A DNA stretch of 50,024 nt from assembly GCA_030390025.1 (NCBI GenBank), contig JASTWF010000358.1, positions 434,001 through 484,024 on the forward strand, given 5' to 3'. Made by a program: the position numbers and the translations under genes. Below are positions 31,201-43,200 of the stretch, piece by piece. How positions within the stretch are numbered: position 1 is the first letter of the stretch; every line of letters begins with the position of its first letter. The notes below the pieces were generated by a model. That model had not been told where the DNA came from, ran no database searches, and worked only from the letters and a program-made list of their open reading frames with translations. Origin of the DNA: Squalus acanthias (lineage: Eukaryota).

Positions 31201-34200
31201 TGTGTGTGCTGCAGTGAGTGTGTGCTGCAGTGAGTGTGTGCGCTGCAATGAGTGTGTGCGCTGCAGTGAGTGTGTGTGCTGCAGTGAGTGTGTTTAATGG
31301 AGTGAATGTGAGCTGCAGTGAGTGTGGCTGCAGTGAGTGTGAGCTTGAGTGAGTGTGTGCTGCGGTGAGTGTGTGCTTCAGTGAGTGTGAGCTTGAGTCA
31401 GTGTGTGCTGCGGTGAGTGTGTGCTGCAGTGAGTGTGTGCTGCAGTGAGTGTGTGCTGCGGTGAGTGTGTGCTGCGGTGAGTGTGTGCTGCAGTGAGTGT
31501 GTGCTGCAGTGAGTGTGCGTTGCAGTGAGTGTGTGCTGCATGAGTGTGTGCGCTGCAGTGAGTGTGTGTATTGCAGTGAGTGTGTGTAGTGCAGTGAGTG
31601 TGTAGTGCAGTGAGTGTGTGCTGCAGTGAGTGTGTGTAGTGCAGTGAGTGTGTGCTGCAGTGAGTGTGTGCTGCAGTGAGCGTGTGCTGCAGTGAGTGTG
31701 TGCTGCAGTGAGTGTGCACTGGTGTGTGTGTGCTGCAGTGAGTGTGTGCTGCAGTGAGGGTGTGCTGCAGTGAGGGTGTGTAGTGCAATGAGTGTGTGTA
31801 GTGCAGTGAGTGTGTGCTGCAGTGAGTGTGTGCGCTGCAGTGAGTGTGTGCTGCAGTGAGTCTGTGTAGTGCAGTGAGTGTGTGCTGCAGTGAGTGTGTG
31901 CGCTGCAGTGAGTGTGTGCGCTGCAGTGAGTGTGTGTGCTGCAGTGAGTGTGTTTAATGCAGTGAATGTGAGCTGCAGTGAGTGTGTGCTGCAGTGAGTG
32001 TGTGTAGTGCAGTGAGTGTGTGCTGCAGTGAGTGTGTGCTGCAGTGAATGTGCGTAGTGCAGTGTGTGTGTGCTGCAGTGAGTGTGTGCTGCAGTGAGTG
32101 TGTGTGCTGCAGTGAGTGTGTGCGCTGCAATGAGTGTGTGCGCTGCAGTGAGTGTGTGTGCTGCAGTGAGTGTGTTTAATGGAGTGAATGTGAGCTGCAG
32201 TGAGTGTATGTGCTGCAGTGAGTGTGTGTAGTGCAGTGAGTGTGTGCTGCAGTGAGTGTGTGTAGTGTAGTGAGTGTGTAGTGCAGTGAGTGTGCGCTGC
32301 AGTGAGTGTGTGTAGTGCAGTGAGTGTGTGCTGCAGTGAGTGTGAGATGCATTGGGTGTGTGCAGCAGTGAGTGTGTGCTGCAGTGAGTGTGTAGTGCAG
32401 TGAGTGTGCTGCAGTGAGTCTGTGCTGCAGTGAGTGTGTGCTGCAGTGAGTGTGTGTGCTGCAGTGAGTGTGTGCTGCAGTGAGTTTGTGCTGCAGTGAG
32501 TGTGTGCTGCAGTGAGTGTGTGCTGCAGTGAGTGTGTGTAGTGCAGTGAGTGTGTGCTGCAGTGAGTATGTGTAGTGCAGTGAGTGTGTGTAGTGCAATG
32601 AGTGTGTGCTGCAGTGAGGGTGTGCTGCAGTGAGGGTGTGCTGCAGTGAGGGTGTGTAGTGCAATGAGTGTGTGTAGTGCAGTGAGTGTGTGCTGCAGTG
32701 AGTGTGTGCGCTGCAGTGAGTGTGTGCTGCAGTGAGTCTGTGTAGTGCAGTGAGTGTGTGCTGCAGTGAGTGTGTGCTGCAGTGTGTGTGCAGTGCAGTG
32801 AGTGTGTGCTGCAGTGTGTGTGTAGTGCAGTGAGTGTGTGCTGCAGTGAGTGTGTGCTGCAGTGAGTGTGTGCGCTGCAGTGAGTCTGTGTAGTGTAGTA
32901 AGTGTGCACTGCAGTGAGTGTGCGCTCCCATGAGTGTGTGCTGCAGTGAGTGTGAGCTTGAGTGAGTGTGTGCTGCGGTGCGTGTGCGCTGCAGTGAGTG
33001 TGTGCTGCGGTGAGTGTGTGTTGTGGTGAGTGTGTGTAGTGCAGTGAGTGTGTGCGCTGCAGTGAGTGTGTTCTGCGGTGAATGTGTGTTGCGGTGAGTG
33101 TGTGCTGAGGCGAGTGTGTGGAGTGCAGCGAGTGTGTGCTGCAGTGAGTGTGTGTAGTGCAGTGAGTGTGTGCTGCAGTGAGTGTGTGCTGCAGTGAGTG
33201 TGTGTTGCGGTGAGTGTGTGCTGCAGTGAGTATGTGCTGCAGTGAGTGTGTGCTGCGGTGAGTGTGTGCTGCGGTGAGTGTGTGTTGCAGTGAGTGTGTG
33301 CTGCATGAGTGTGTGCCCTGCAGTGAGTGTGTGTAGTGCAGTGAGTGCATGCTGCAGTGAGTGTGTGCTGCAGTGAGTGTGTGCTGCAGTGAGTGTGTGC
33401 TGAGGCGAGTGTGTGGAGTGCAGCGAGTGTGTGCTGCAGTGAGTGTGTGTAGTGCAGTGAGTGTGTGCTGCAGTGAGTGTGTGCTGCAGTGAGTGTGTGT
33501 TGCGGTGAGTGTGTGCTGCAGTGAGTATGTGCTGCAGTGAGTGTGTGCTGCGGTGAGTGTGTGCTGCGGTGAGTGTGTGTTGCAGTGAGTGTGTGCTGCA
33601 TGAGTGTGTGCCCTGCAGTGAGTGTGTGTAGTGCAGTGAGTGCATGCTGCAGTGAGTGTGTGCTGCAGTGAGTGTGTGCTGCAGTGAGTGTGTGTGCTGC
33701 AGTGAGTGTGTGCTGCAGTGAGTGTGTGCTGCAGTGAGTGTGTGCTGCAGTGTGTGTGTGCTGCAGTGAGTGTGTGCTGCAGTGAGTGTGTGTGCTGCAG
33801 TGAGTGTGTGCTGCAGTGAGTGTGTGCGCTGCAATGAGTGTGTGCGCTGCAGTGAGTGTGTGTGCTGCAGTGAGTGTGTTTAATGGAGTGAATGTGAGCT
33901 GCAGTGAGTGTGTGCTGCAGTGAGTGTGTGTTGCAGTGAGTGTGTGCTGCATGAGTGTATGTGCTGCAGTGAGTGTGTGCAGTGCAGTGAGTGTGTGCTG
34001 CAGTGAGTGTGTGTAGTGCAGTGAGTGTGTAGTGCAGTGAGTGTGCGCTGCAGTGAGTGTGTGTAGTGCAGTGAGTGTGTGCTGCAGTGAGTGTGAGATG
34101 CATTGGGTGTGTGCAGCAGTGAGTGTGTGCTGCAGTGAGTGTGTAGTGCAGTGAGTGTGCTGCAGTGAGTCTGTGCTGCAGTGAGTGTGCTCTGCAGTGA

Positions 34201-37200
34201 GTGTGTGTAGTGCAGTGAGTGTGTGCTGCAGTGAGTGTGTGTAGTGCAGTGAGTGTGCACTGCAGTGAGTGTGCGCTGCAGTGAGTGTGTGCTGCAGTGA
34301 GTGTGTAGTGCAGTGAGTGTGAGCTGCAGTGAGTGTGAGCTGCAGTGAGTGTGAGCTGCGTGAGTGTGTGCTGCAGTGAGTGCGTGCTGCAGTGAGTGTG
34401 TGCTGCAGTGTGTGTGCAGTGCAGTGAGTGTGTGCTGCAGTGTGTGTGTAGTGCAGTGAGTGTGTGCTGCAGTGAGTGTGTGCTGCGGTGCGTGTGCGCT
34501 GCAGTGAGTGTGTGCTGCGGTGAGTGTGTGTTGCGGTGAGTGAGTGTAGTGCAGTGAGTGTGTGCGCTGCAGTGAGTGTGTTCTGCGGTGAATGTGTGTT
34601 GCGGTGAGTGTGTGCTGAGGCGAGTGTGTGGAGTGCAGAGAGTGTGTGCTGCAGTGAGTGTGTGTAGTGCAGTGAGTGTGTGCTGCAGTGAGTGTGTGCT
34701 GCAGTGAGTGTGTGTTGCGGTGAGTGTGTGCTGCAGTGAGTATGTGCTGCAGTGAGTGTGTGCTGCGGTGAGTGTGTGCTGCGGTGAGTGTGTGTTGCAG
34801 TGAGTGTGTGTGCTGCATGAGTGTGTGCCCTGCAGTGAGTGTGTGTAGTGCAGTGAGTGCATGCTGCAGTGAGTGTGTGCTGCAGTGAGTGTGTGCTGCA
34901 GTGAGTGTGTGTGCTGCAGTGAGTGTGTGCTGCAGTGAGTGTGTGCTGCAGTGAGTGTGTGCTGCAGTGTGTGTGTGCTGCAGTGAGTGTGTGCTGCAGT
35001 GAGTGTGTGTGCTGCAGTGAGTGTGTGCTGCAGTGAGTGTGTGCGCTGCAATGAGTGTGTGCGCTGCAGTGAGTGTGTGTGCTGCAGTGAGTGTGTTTAA
35101 TGGAGTGAATGTGAGCTGCAGTGAGTGTGTGCTGCAGTGAGTGTCTGTAGTGTAGTGAGCGTGTGCTGCAGTGAGTGTGGCTGCAGTGAGTGTGAGCTTG
35201 AGTGAGTGTGTGCTGCGGTGAGTGTGTGCTTCAGTGAGTGTGAGCTTGAGTCAGTGTGTGCTGCGGTGAGTGTGTGCTGCAGTGAGTGTGTGCTGCAGTG
35301 AGTGTGTGCTGCGGTGAGTGTGTGCTGCGGTGAGTGTGTGCTGCAGTGAGTGTGTGCTGCAGTGAGTGTGCGTTGCAGTGAGTGTGTGCTGCATGAGTGT
35401 GTGCGCTGCAGTGAGTGTGTGTATTGCAGTGAGTGTGTGTAGTGCAGTGAGTGTGAGCTGCAGTGAGTGTGAGCTGCAGTGAGTGTGAGCTGCAGTGAGT
35501 GTGAGCTGCGTGAGTGTGTGCTGCAGTGAGTGCGTGCTGCAGTGAGTGTGTGCTGCAGTGTGTGTGCAGTGCAGTGAGTGTGTGCTGCAGTGTGTGTGTA
35601 GTGCAGTGAGTGTGTGCTGCAGTGAGTGTGTGCTGCGTTGCGTGTGCGCTGCAGTGAGTGTGTGCTGCGGTGAGTGTGTGTTGCGGTGAGTGTGTGTAGT
35701 GCAGTGAGTGTGTGCGCTGCAGTGAGTGTGTTCTGCGGTGAATGTGTGTTGCGGTGAGTGTGTGCTGAGGCGAGTGTGTGGAGTGCAGAGAGTGTGTGCT
35801 GCAGTGAGTGTGTGTAGTGCAGTGAGTGTGTGCTGCAGTGAGTGTGTGCTGCAGTGAGTGTGTGTTGCGGTGAGTGTGTGCTGCAGTGAGTATGTGCTGC
35901 AGTGAGTGTGTGCTGCGGTGAGTGTGTGCTGCGGTGAGTGTGTGTTGCAGTGAGTGTGTGTGCTGCATGAGTGTGTGCCCTGCAGTGAGTGTGTGTAGTG
36001 CAGTGAGTGCATGCTGCAGTGAGTGTGTGCTGCAGTGAGTGTGTGCTGCAGTGAGTGTGTGTGCTGCAGTGAGTGTGTGCTGCAGTGAGTGTGTGCTGCA
36101 GTGTGTGTGTGCTGCAATGAGTGTGTGCTGCAGTGAGTGTGTGTGCTGCAGTGAGTGTGTGCTGCAGTGAGTGTGTGCGCTGCAATGAGTGTGTGCGCTG
36201 CAGTGAGTGTGTGTGCTGCAGTGAGTGTGTTTAATGGAGTGAATGTGAGCTGCAGTGAGTGTCTGTAGTGTAGTGAGTGTGTGCTGCAGTGAGTGTGGCT
36301 GCAGTGAGTGTGAGCTTGAGTGAGTGTGTGCTGCGGTGAGTGTGTGCTTCAGTGAGTGTGAGCTGAGTCAGTGTGTGCTGCGGTGAGTGTGTGCTGCAGT
36401 GAGTGTGTGCTGCAGTGAGTGTGTGCTGCGGTGAGTGTGTGCTGCGGTGAGTGTGTGCTGCAGTGAGTGTGTGCTGCAGTGAGTGTGCGTTGCAGTGAGT
36501 GTGTGCTGCATGAGTGTGTGCGCTGCAGTGAGTGTGTGTATTGCAGTGAGTGTGTGTAGTGCAGTGAGTGTGTAGTGCAGTGAGTGTGCGCTGCAGTGAG
36601 TGTGTGTAGTGCAGTGAGTGTGTGCTGCAGTGAGTGTGTGCTGCAGTGAGCGTGTGCTGCAGTGAGTGTGTGCTGCAGTGAGTGTGCACTGGTGTGTGTG
36701 TGCTGCAGTGAGTGTGTGCTGCAGTGAGGGTGTGCTGCAGTGAGGGTGTGTAGTGCAATGAGTGTGTGTAGTGCAGTGAGTGTGTGCTGCAGTGAGTGTG
36801 TGCGCTGCAGTGAGTGTGTGCTGCAGTGAGTCTGTGTAGTGCAGTGAGTGTGTGCTGCAGTGAGTGTGTGCGCTGCAGTGAGTGTGTGCGCTGCAGTGAG
36901 TGTGTGTGCTGCAGTGAGTGTGTTTAATGCAGTGAATGTGAGCTGCAGTGAGTGTGTGCTGCAGTGAGTGTGTGTAGTGCAGTGAGTGTGTGCTGCAGTG
37001 AGTGTGTGCTGCAGTGAATGTGCGTAGTGCAGTGTGTGTGTGCTGCAGTGAGTGTGTGCTGCAGTGAGTGTGTGTGCTGCAGTGAGTGTGTGCGCTGCAG
37101 TGAGTGTGTGCGCTGCAGTGAGTGTGTGTGCTGCAGTGAGTGTGTTTAATGGAGTGAGTGTGTGCTGCATGAGTGTGTGCGCTGCAGTGAGTGTGTGCTT

Positions 37201-40200
37201 GCAGTGAGTGTGTGTGCAGTGAGTGTGGTAGTGCAGTGAGTGTGTAGTGCAGTGAGTGTGCGCTGCAGTGAGTGTGTGTAGTGCAGTGAGTGTGTGCTGC
37301 AGTGAGTGTGTGCTGCAGTGAGTGTGTGTAGCAGGGAGCGTATGTGCTGCAGCGTGTGTGCTGGGTGGAGTGTGTGCTGCAGTGAGTGTGTGCTGCAGTG
37401 AGTGTGTGTGCAGTGAGTGTGTGCTGCAGTGAGTGTGTGCTGCAGTGAGTGTGTGCTGCAGTGAGTGTGTGCTGCAGTGAGTGTGTGCCCTGCAGTGAGT
37501 GTGTGCAGTGAGTGGTGTGCTGCAGTGAGTGTGTGTGCAGTGAGTGTGTGCTGCAGTGAGTGTGTGCTGCGTTGAGTGTGTGAGCTGCAGTGAGTGTGTG
37601 GCTGCAGTGAGTGTGTGTGGCAGTGTGTGTGTGCTGCAGTGAGGTGTGCTGCAGTGAGGGTGTGTAGTGCATTGGTGTGTGTAGTGCAGTGAGTGTGTGC
37701 TGCAGTGAGTGTGTGCGCTGCAGTGAGTGTGTGCTGCAGTGAGTCTGTGTAGTGCAGTGAGTGTGTGCTGCAGTGAGTGTGTGCTGCAGTGTGTGTGCAG
37801 TGCAGTGAGTGTGTGCTGCAGTGTGTGTGTAGTGCAGTGAGTGTGTGCTGCAGTGAGTGTGTGCTGCAGTGAGTGTGTGCGCTGCAGTGAGTCTGTGTAG
37901 TGTAGTAAGTGTGCACTGCAGTGAGTGTGCGCTCCCATGAGTGTGTGCTGCAGTGAGTGTGAGCTTGAGTGAGTGTGTGCTGCGGTGCGTGTGCGCTGCA
38001 GTGAGTGTGTGCTGCGGTGAGTGTGTGTTGTGGTGAGTGTGTGTAGTGCAGTGAGTGTGTGCGCTGCAGTGAGTGTGTTCTGCGGTGAATGTGTGTTGCG
38101 GTGAGTGTGTGCTGAGGCGAGTGTGTGGAGTGCAGCGAGTGTGTGCTGCAGTGAGTGTGTGTAGTGCAGTGAGTGTGTGCTGCAGTGAGTGTGTGCTGCA
38201 GTGAGTGTGTGTTGCGGTGAGTGTGTGCTGCAGTGAGTATGTGCTGCAGTGAGTGTGTGCTGCGGTGAGTGTGTGCTGCGGTGAGTGTGTGTTGCAGTGA
38301 GTGTGTGCTGCATGAGTGTGTGCCCTGCAGTGAGTGTGTGTAGTGCAGTGAGTGCATGCTGCAGTGAGTGTGTGCTGCAGTGAGTGTGTGCTGCAGTGAG
38401 TGTGTGCTGCAGTGAGTGTGTGCTGCAGTGAGTGTGTGCTGCAGTGTGTGTGTGCTGCAGTGAGTGTGTGCTGCAGTGAGTGTGTGTGCTGCAGTGAGTG
38501 TGTGCTGCAGTGAGTGTGTGCGCTGCAATGAGTGTGTGCGCTGCAGTGAGTGTGTGTGCTGCAGTGAGTGTGTTTAATGGAGTGAATGTGAGCTGCAGTG
38601 AGTGTGTGCTGCAGTGAGTGTGTGTTGCAGTGAGTGTGTGCTGCATGAGTGTATGTGCTGCAGTGAGTGTGTGCAGTGCAGTGAGTGTGTGCTGCAGTGA
38701 GTGTGTGTAGTGCAGTGAGTGTGTAGTGCAGTGAGTGTGCGCTGCAGTGAGTGTGTGTAGTGCAGTGAGTGTGTGCTGCAGTGAGTGTGAGATGCATTGG
38801 GTGTGTGCAGCAGTGAGTGTGTGCTGCAGTGAGTGTGTAGTGCAGTGAGTGTGCTGCAGTGAGTCTGTGCTGCAGTGAGTGTGCTCTGCAGTGAGTGTGT
38901 GTAGTGCAGTGAGTGTGTGCTGCAGTGAGTGTGTGTAGTGCAGTGAGTGTGCACTGCAGTGAGTGTGCGCTGCAGTGAGTGTGTGCTGCAGTGAGTGTGT
39001 AGTGCAGTGAGTGTGAGCTGCAGTGAGTGTGAGCTGCAGTGAGTGTGAGCTGCGTGAGTGTGTGCTGCAGTGAGTGCGTGCTGCAGTGAGTGTGTGCTGC
39101 AGTGTGTGTGCAGTGCAGTGAGTGTGTGCTGCAGTGTGTGTGTAGTGCAGTGAGTGTGTGCTGCAGTGAGTGTGTGCTGCGTTGCGTGTGCGCTGCAGTG
39201 AGTGTGTGTATGCAGTGAGTGTGTGTAGTGCAGTGAGTGTGTAGTGCAGTGAGTGTGCGCTGCAGTGAGTGTGTGTAGTGCAGTGAGTGTGTGCTGCAGT
39301 GAGTGTGTGCTGCAGTGAGTGTGTGCTGCAGTGAGCGTGTGCTGCAGTGAGTGTGTGCTGCAGTGAGTGTGCACTGGTGAGTGTGTGCTGCAGTGAGTGT
39401 GTGCTGCAGTGAGTGTGTGTGCTGCAGTGAGTGTGTGCTGCAGTGAGTGTGTGCTGCAGTGAGTGTGTAGTGCAGTGAGTGTGTGCTGCAGTGAGTGTGT
39501 GCTGCAGTGAGTGTGCGCTGGTGAGTGTGTGTAGTGCACTGAGTGTGTGTAGCGCAATGAGTGTGTGCTGCAGTGAGGGTGTGCTGCAGTGAGTGTGTGT
39601 GCTGCAGTGAGTGTGTGCTGCAGTGAGTGTGTGCGCTGTAATGAGTGTGTGCGCTGCAGTGAGTGTGTGTGCTGCAGTGAGTGTGTTTAATGGAGTGAAT
39701 GTGAGCTGCAGTGAGTGTGTGCTGCAGTGAGTGTCTGTAGTGTAGTGAGTGTGTGCTGCAGTGAGTGTGGCTGCAGTGAGTGTGAGCTTGAGTGAGTGTG
39801 TGCTGCGGTGAGTGTGTGCTTCAGTGAGTGTGAGCTTGAGTGAGTGTGTGCTGCGGTGAGTGTGTGCTGCAGTGAGTGTGTGCTGCAGTGAGTATGTGCT
39901 GCGGTGAGTGTGTGCTGCGGTGAGTGTGTGCTGCAGTGAGTGTGTGCTGCAGTGAGTGTGCGTTGCAGTGAGTGTGTGCTGCAGTGAGTGTGCGTTGCAG
40001 TGAGTGTGTGCGCTGCAGTGAGTGTGTGTATTGCAGTGAGTGTGTGCTGCAGTGAGTGTGTGTAGTGCAGTGAGTGTGTAGTGCAGTGAGTGTGCGCTGC
40101 AGTGAGTGTGTGTAGTGCAGTGAGTGTGTGCTGCAGTGAGTGTGTGCTGCAGTGAGTGTGTGCTGCAGTGAGTGTGTGCTGCAGTGAGTGTGTGCTGCAG

Positions 40201-43200
40201 TGAGTGTGTGCTGCAGTGAGTGTGTGCTGCAGTGAGTGTGTGCTGCAGTGAGTGTGTGCTGCAGTGAGTGTGTGCTGCAGTGAGTGTGTGCTGCGGTGAG
40301 TGTGTGTTGCGGTGAGTGTGTGTAGTGCAGTGAGTGTGTGCGCTGCAGTGAGTGTGTTCTGCGGTGAATGTGTGTTGCGGTGAGTGTGTGCTGAGGCGAG
40401 TGTGTGGAGTGCAGAGAGTGTGTGCTGCAGTGAGTGTGTGTAGTGCAGTGAGTGTGTGCTGCAGTGAGTGTGTGCTGCAGTGAGTGTGTGTTGCGGTGAG
40501 TGTGTGCTGCAGTGAGTATGAGCTGCAGTGAGTGTGTGCTGCGGTGAGTGTGTGCTGCGGTGAGTGTGTGTTGCAGTGAGTGTGTGTGCTGCATGAGTGT
40601 GTGCCCTGCAGTGAGTGTGTGTAGTGCAGTGAGTGCATGCTGCAGTGAGTGTGTGCTGCAGTGAGTGTGTGCTGCAGTGAGTGTGTGCTGCAGTGAGTGT
40701 GTGCTGCAGTGAGTGTGTGCTGCAGTGAGTGTGTGCTGCAGTGTGTGTGTGCTGCAATGAGTGTGTGCTGCAGTGAGTGTGTGTGCTGCAGTGAGTGTGT
40801 GCTGCAGTGAGTGTGTGCGCTGCAATGAGTGTGTGCGCTGCAGTGAGTGTGTGTGCTGCAGTGAGTGTGTTTAATGGAGTGAATGTGAGCTGCAGTGAGT
40901 GTGTGCTGCAGTGAGTGTCTGTAGTGTAGTGAGTGTGTGCTGCAGTGAGTGTGGCTGCAGTGAGTGTGAGCTTGAGTGAGTGTGTGCTGCGGTGAGTGTG
41001 TGCTTCAGTGAGTGTGAGCTTGAGTCAGTGTGTGCTGCGGTGAGTGTGTGCTGCAGTGAGTGTGTGCTGCAGTGAGTGTGTGCTGCGGTGAGTGTGTGCT
41101 GCGGTGAGTGTGTGCTGCAGTGAGTGTGTGCTGCAGTGAGTGTGCGTTGCAGTGAGTGTGTGCTGCATGAGTGTGTGCGCTGCAGTGAGTGTGTGTATTG
41201 CAGTGAGTGTGTGCAGTGAGTGTGTGTAGTGCAGTGAGTGTGTAGTGCAGTGAGTGTGCGCTGCAGTGAGTGTGTGTAGTGCAGTGAGTGTGTGCTGCAG
41301 TGAGTGTGTGCTGCAGTGAGCGTGTGCTGCAGTGAGTGTGTGCTGCAGTGAGTGTGCACTGGTGTGTGTGTGCTGCAGTGAGTGTGTGCTGCAGTGAGGG
41401 TGTGCTGCAGTGAGGGTGTGTAGTGCAATGAGTGTGTGTAGTGCAGTGAGTGTGTGCTGCAGTGAGTGTGTGCGCTGCAGTGAGTGTGTGCTGCAGTGAG
41501 TCTGTGTAGTGCAGTGAGTGTGTGCTGCAGTGAGTGTGTGCGCTGCAGTGAGTGTGTGCGCTGCAGTGAGTGTGTGTGCTGCAGTGAGTGTGTTTAATGC
41601 AGTGAATGTGAGCTGCAGTGAGTGTGTGCTGCAGTGAGTGTGTGTAGTGCAGTGAGTGTGTGCTGCAGTGAGTGTGTGCTGCAGTGAATGTGCGTAGTGC
41701 AGTGAGTGTGTGCTGCAGTGAGTGTGTGCTGCAGTGAATGTGTGTAGTGCAGTGAGTGTGTGCTGCAGTGAGTGTGTGTAGTGCAGTGAGTGTGCACTGC
41801 AGTGAGTGTGTGCTGCAGTGAGTGTGTGCTGCAGTGAGTGTGTAGTGCAGTGAGTGTGAGCTGCAGTGAGTGTGAGCTGCAGTGAGTGTGAGCTGCAGTG
41901 AGTGTGTGCTGCAGTGAGTGCGTGCTGCAGTGAGTGTGTGCTGCAGTGTGTGTGCAGTGCAGTGAGTGTGTGCTGCAGTGTGTGTGTAGTGCAGTGAGTG
42001 TGTGCTGCAGTGAGTGTGTGCTGCAGTGAGTGTGTGCTGCAGTGAGTGTGTGCGCTGCAGTGAGTGTGTGCGCTGCAGTGAGTGTGTTTAATGCAGTGAA
42101 TGTGAGCTGCAGTGAGTGTGTGCTGCAGTGAGTCTGTGTAGTGTAGTAAGTGTGCACTGCAGTGAGTGTGCGCTCCCATGAGTGTGTGCTGCAGTGAGTG
42201 TGAGCTTGAGTGAGTGTGTGCTGCGGTGCGTGTGCGCTGCAGTGAGTGTGCTGCGGTGAGTGTGTGTTGCGGTGAGTGTGTGTAGTGCAGTGAGTGTGTG
42301 CGCTGCAGTGAGTGTGTTCTGCGGTGAATGTGTGTTGCGGTGAGTGTGTGCTGAGGCGAGTGTGTGGAGTGCAGCGAGTGTGTGCTGCAGTGAGTGTGTG
42401 TAGTGGAGTGACTGTGTGCTGCAGTGAGTGTGTGCTGCGGTGAGTGTGTGCTGCGGTGAGTGTGTGCTGCAGTGAGTATGTGCTGCAGTGAGTGTGTGCT
42501 GCGGTGAGTGTGTGCTGCGGTGAGTGTGTGCTGCAGTGAGTGTGTGCTGCAGTGAGTGTGTGCTGCAGTGAGTGTGTGCTGCAGTGAGTGTGTGCTGCAG
42601 TGAGTGTGTGCTGCAGTGAGTGTGTGCTGCAGTGAGTGTGTGCTGCAGTGAGTGTGTGCTGCAGTGAGTGTGTGCTGCAGTGAGTGTGTGCTGCAGTGTG
42701 TGTGTGCTGCAGTGAGTGTGTGCTGCAGTGAGTGTGTGTGCTGCAGTGAGTGTGTGCGCTGCAATGAGCGTGTGCGCTGCAGTGAGTGTGTGTGCTGCAG
42801 TGAGTGTGTTTAATGGAGTGAATGTGAGCTGCAGTGAGTGTATGTGCTGCAGTGAGTGTGTGTAGTGCAGTGAGTGTGTGCTGCAGTGAGTGTGTGTAGT
42901 GCAGTGAGTGTGTAGTGCAGTGAGTGTGCGCTGCAGTGAGTGTGTGTAGTGCAGTGAGTGTGAGATGCATTGGGTGTGTGCAGCAGTGAGTGTGTGCTGC
43001 AGTGAGTGTGTAGTGCAGTGAGTGTGCTGCAGTGAGTCTGTGCTGCAGTGAGTGTGTGTAGTGCAGTGAGTGTGTGCTGCAGTGAGTATGTGTAGTGCAG
43101 TGAGTGTGTGTAGTGCAATGAGTGTGTGCTGCAGTGAGGGTGTGCTGCAGTGAGGGTGTGCTGCAGTGAGGGTGTGTAGTGCAATGAGTGTGTGTAGTGC

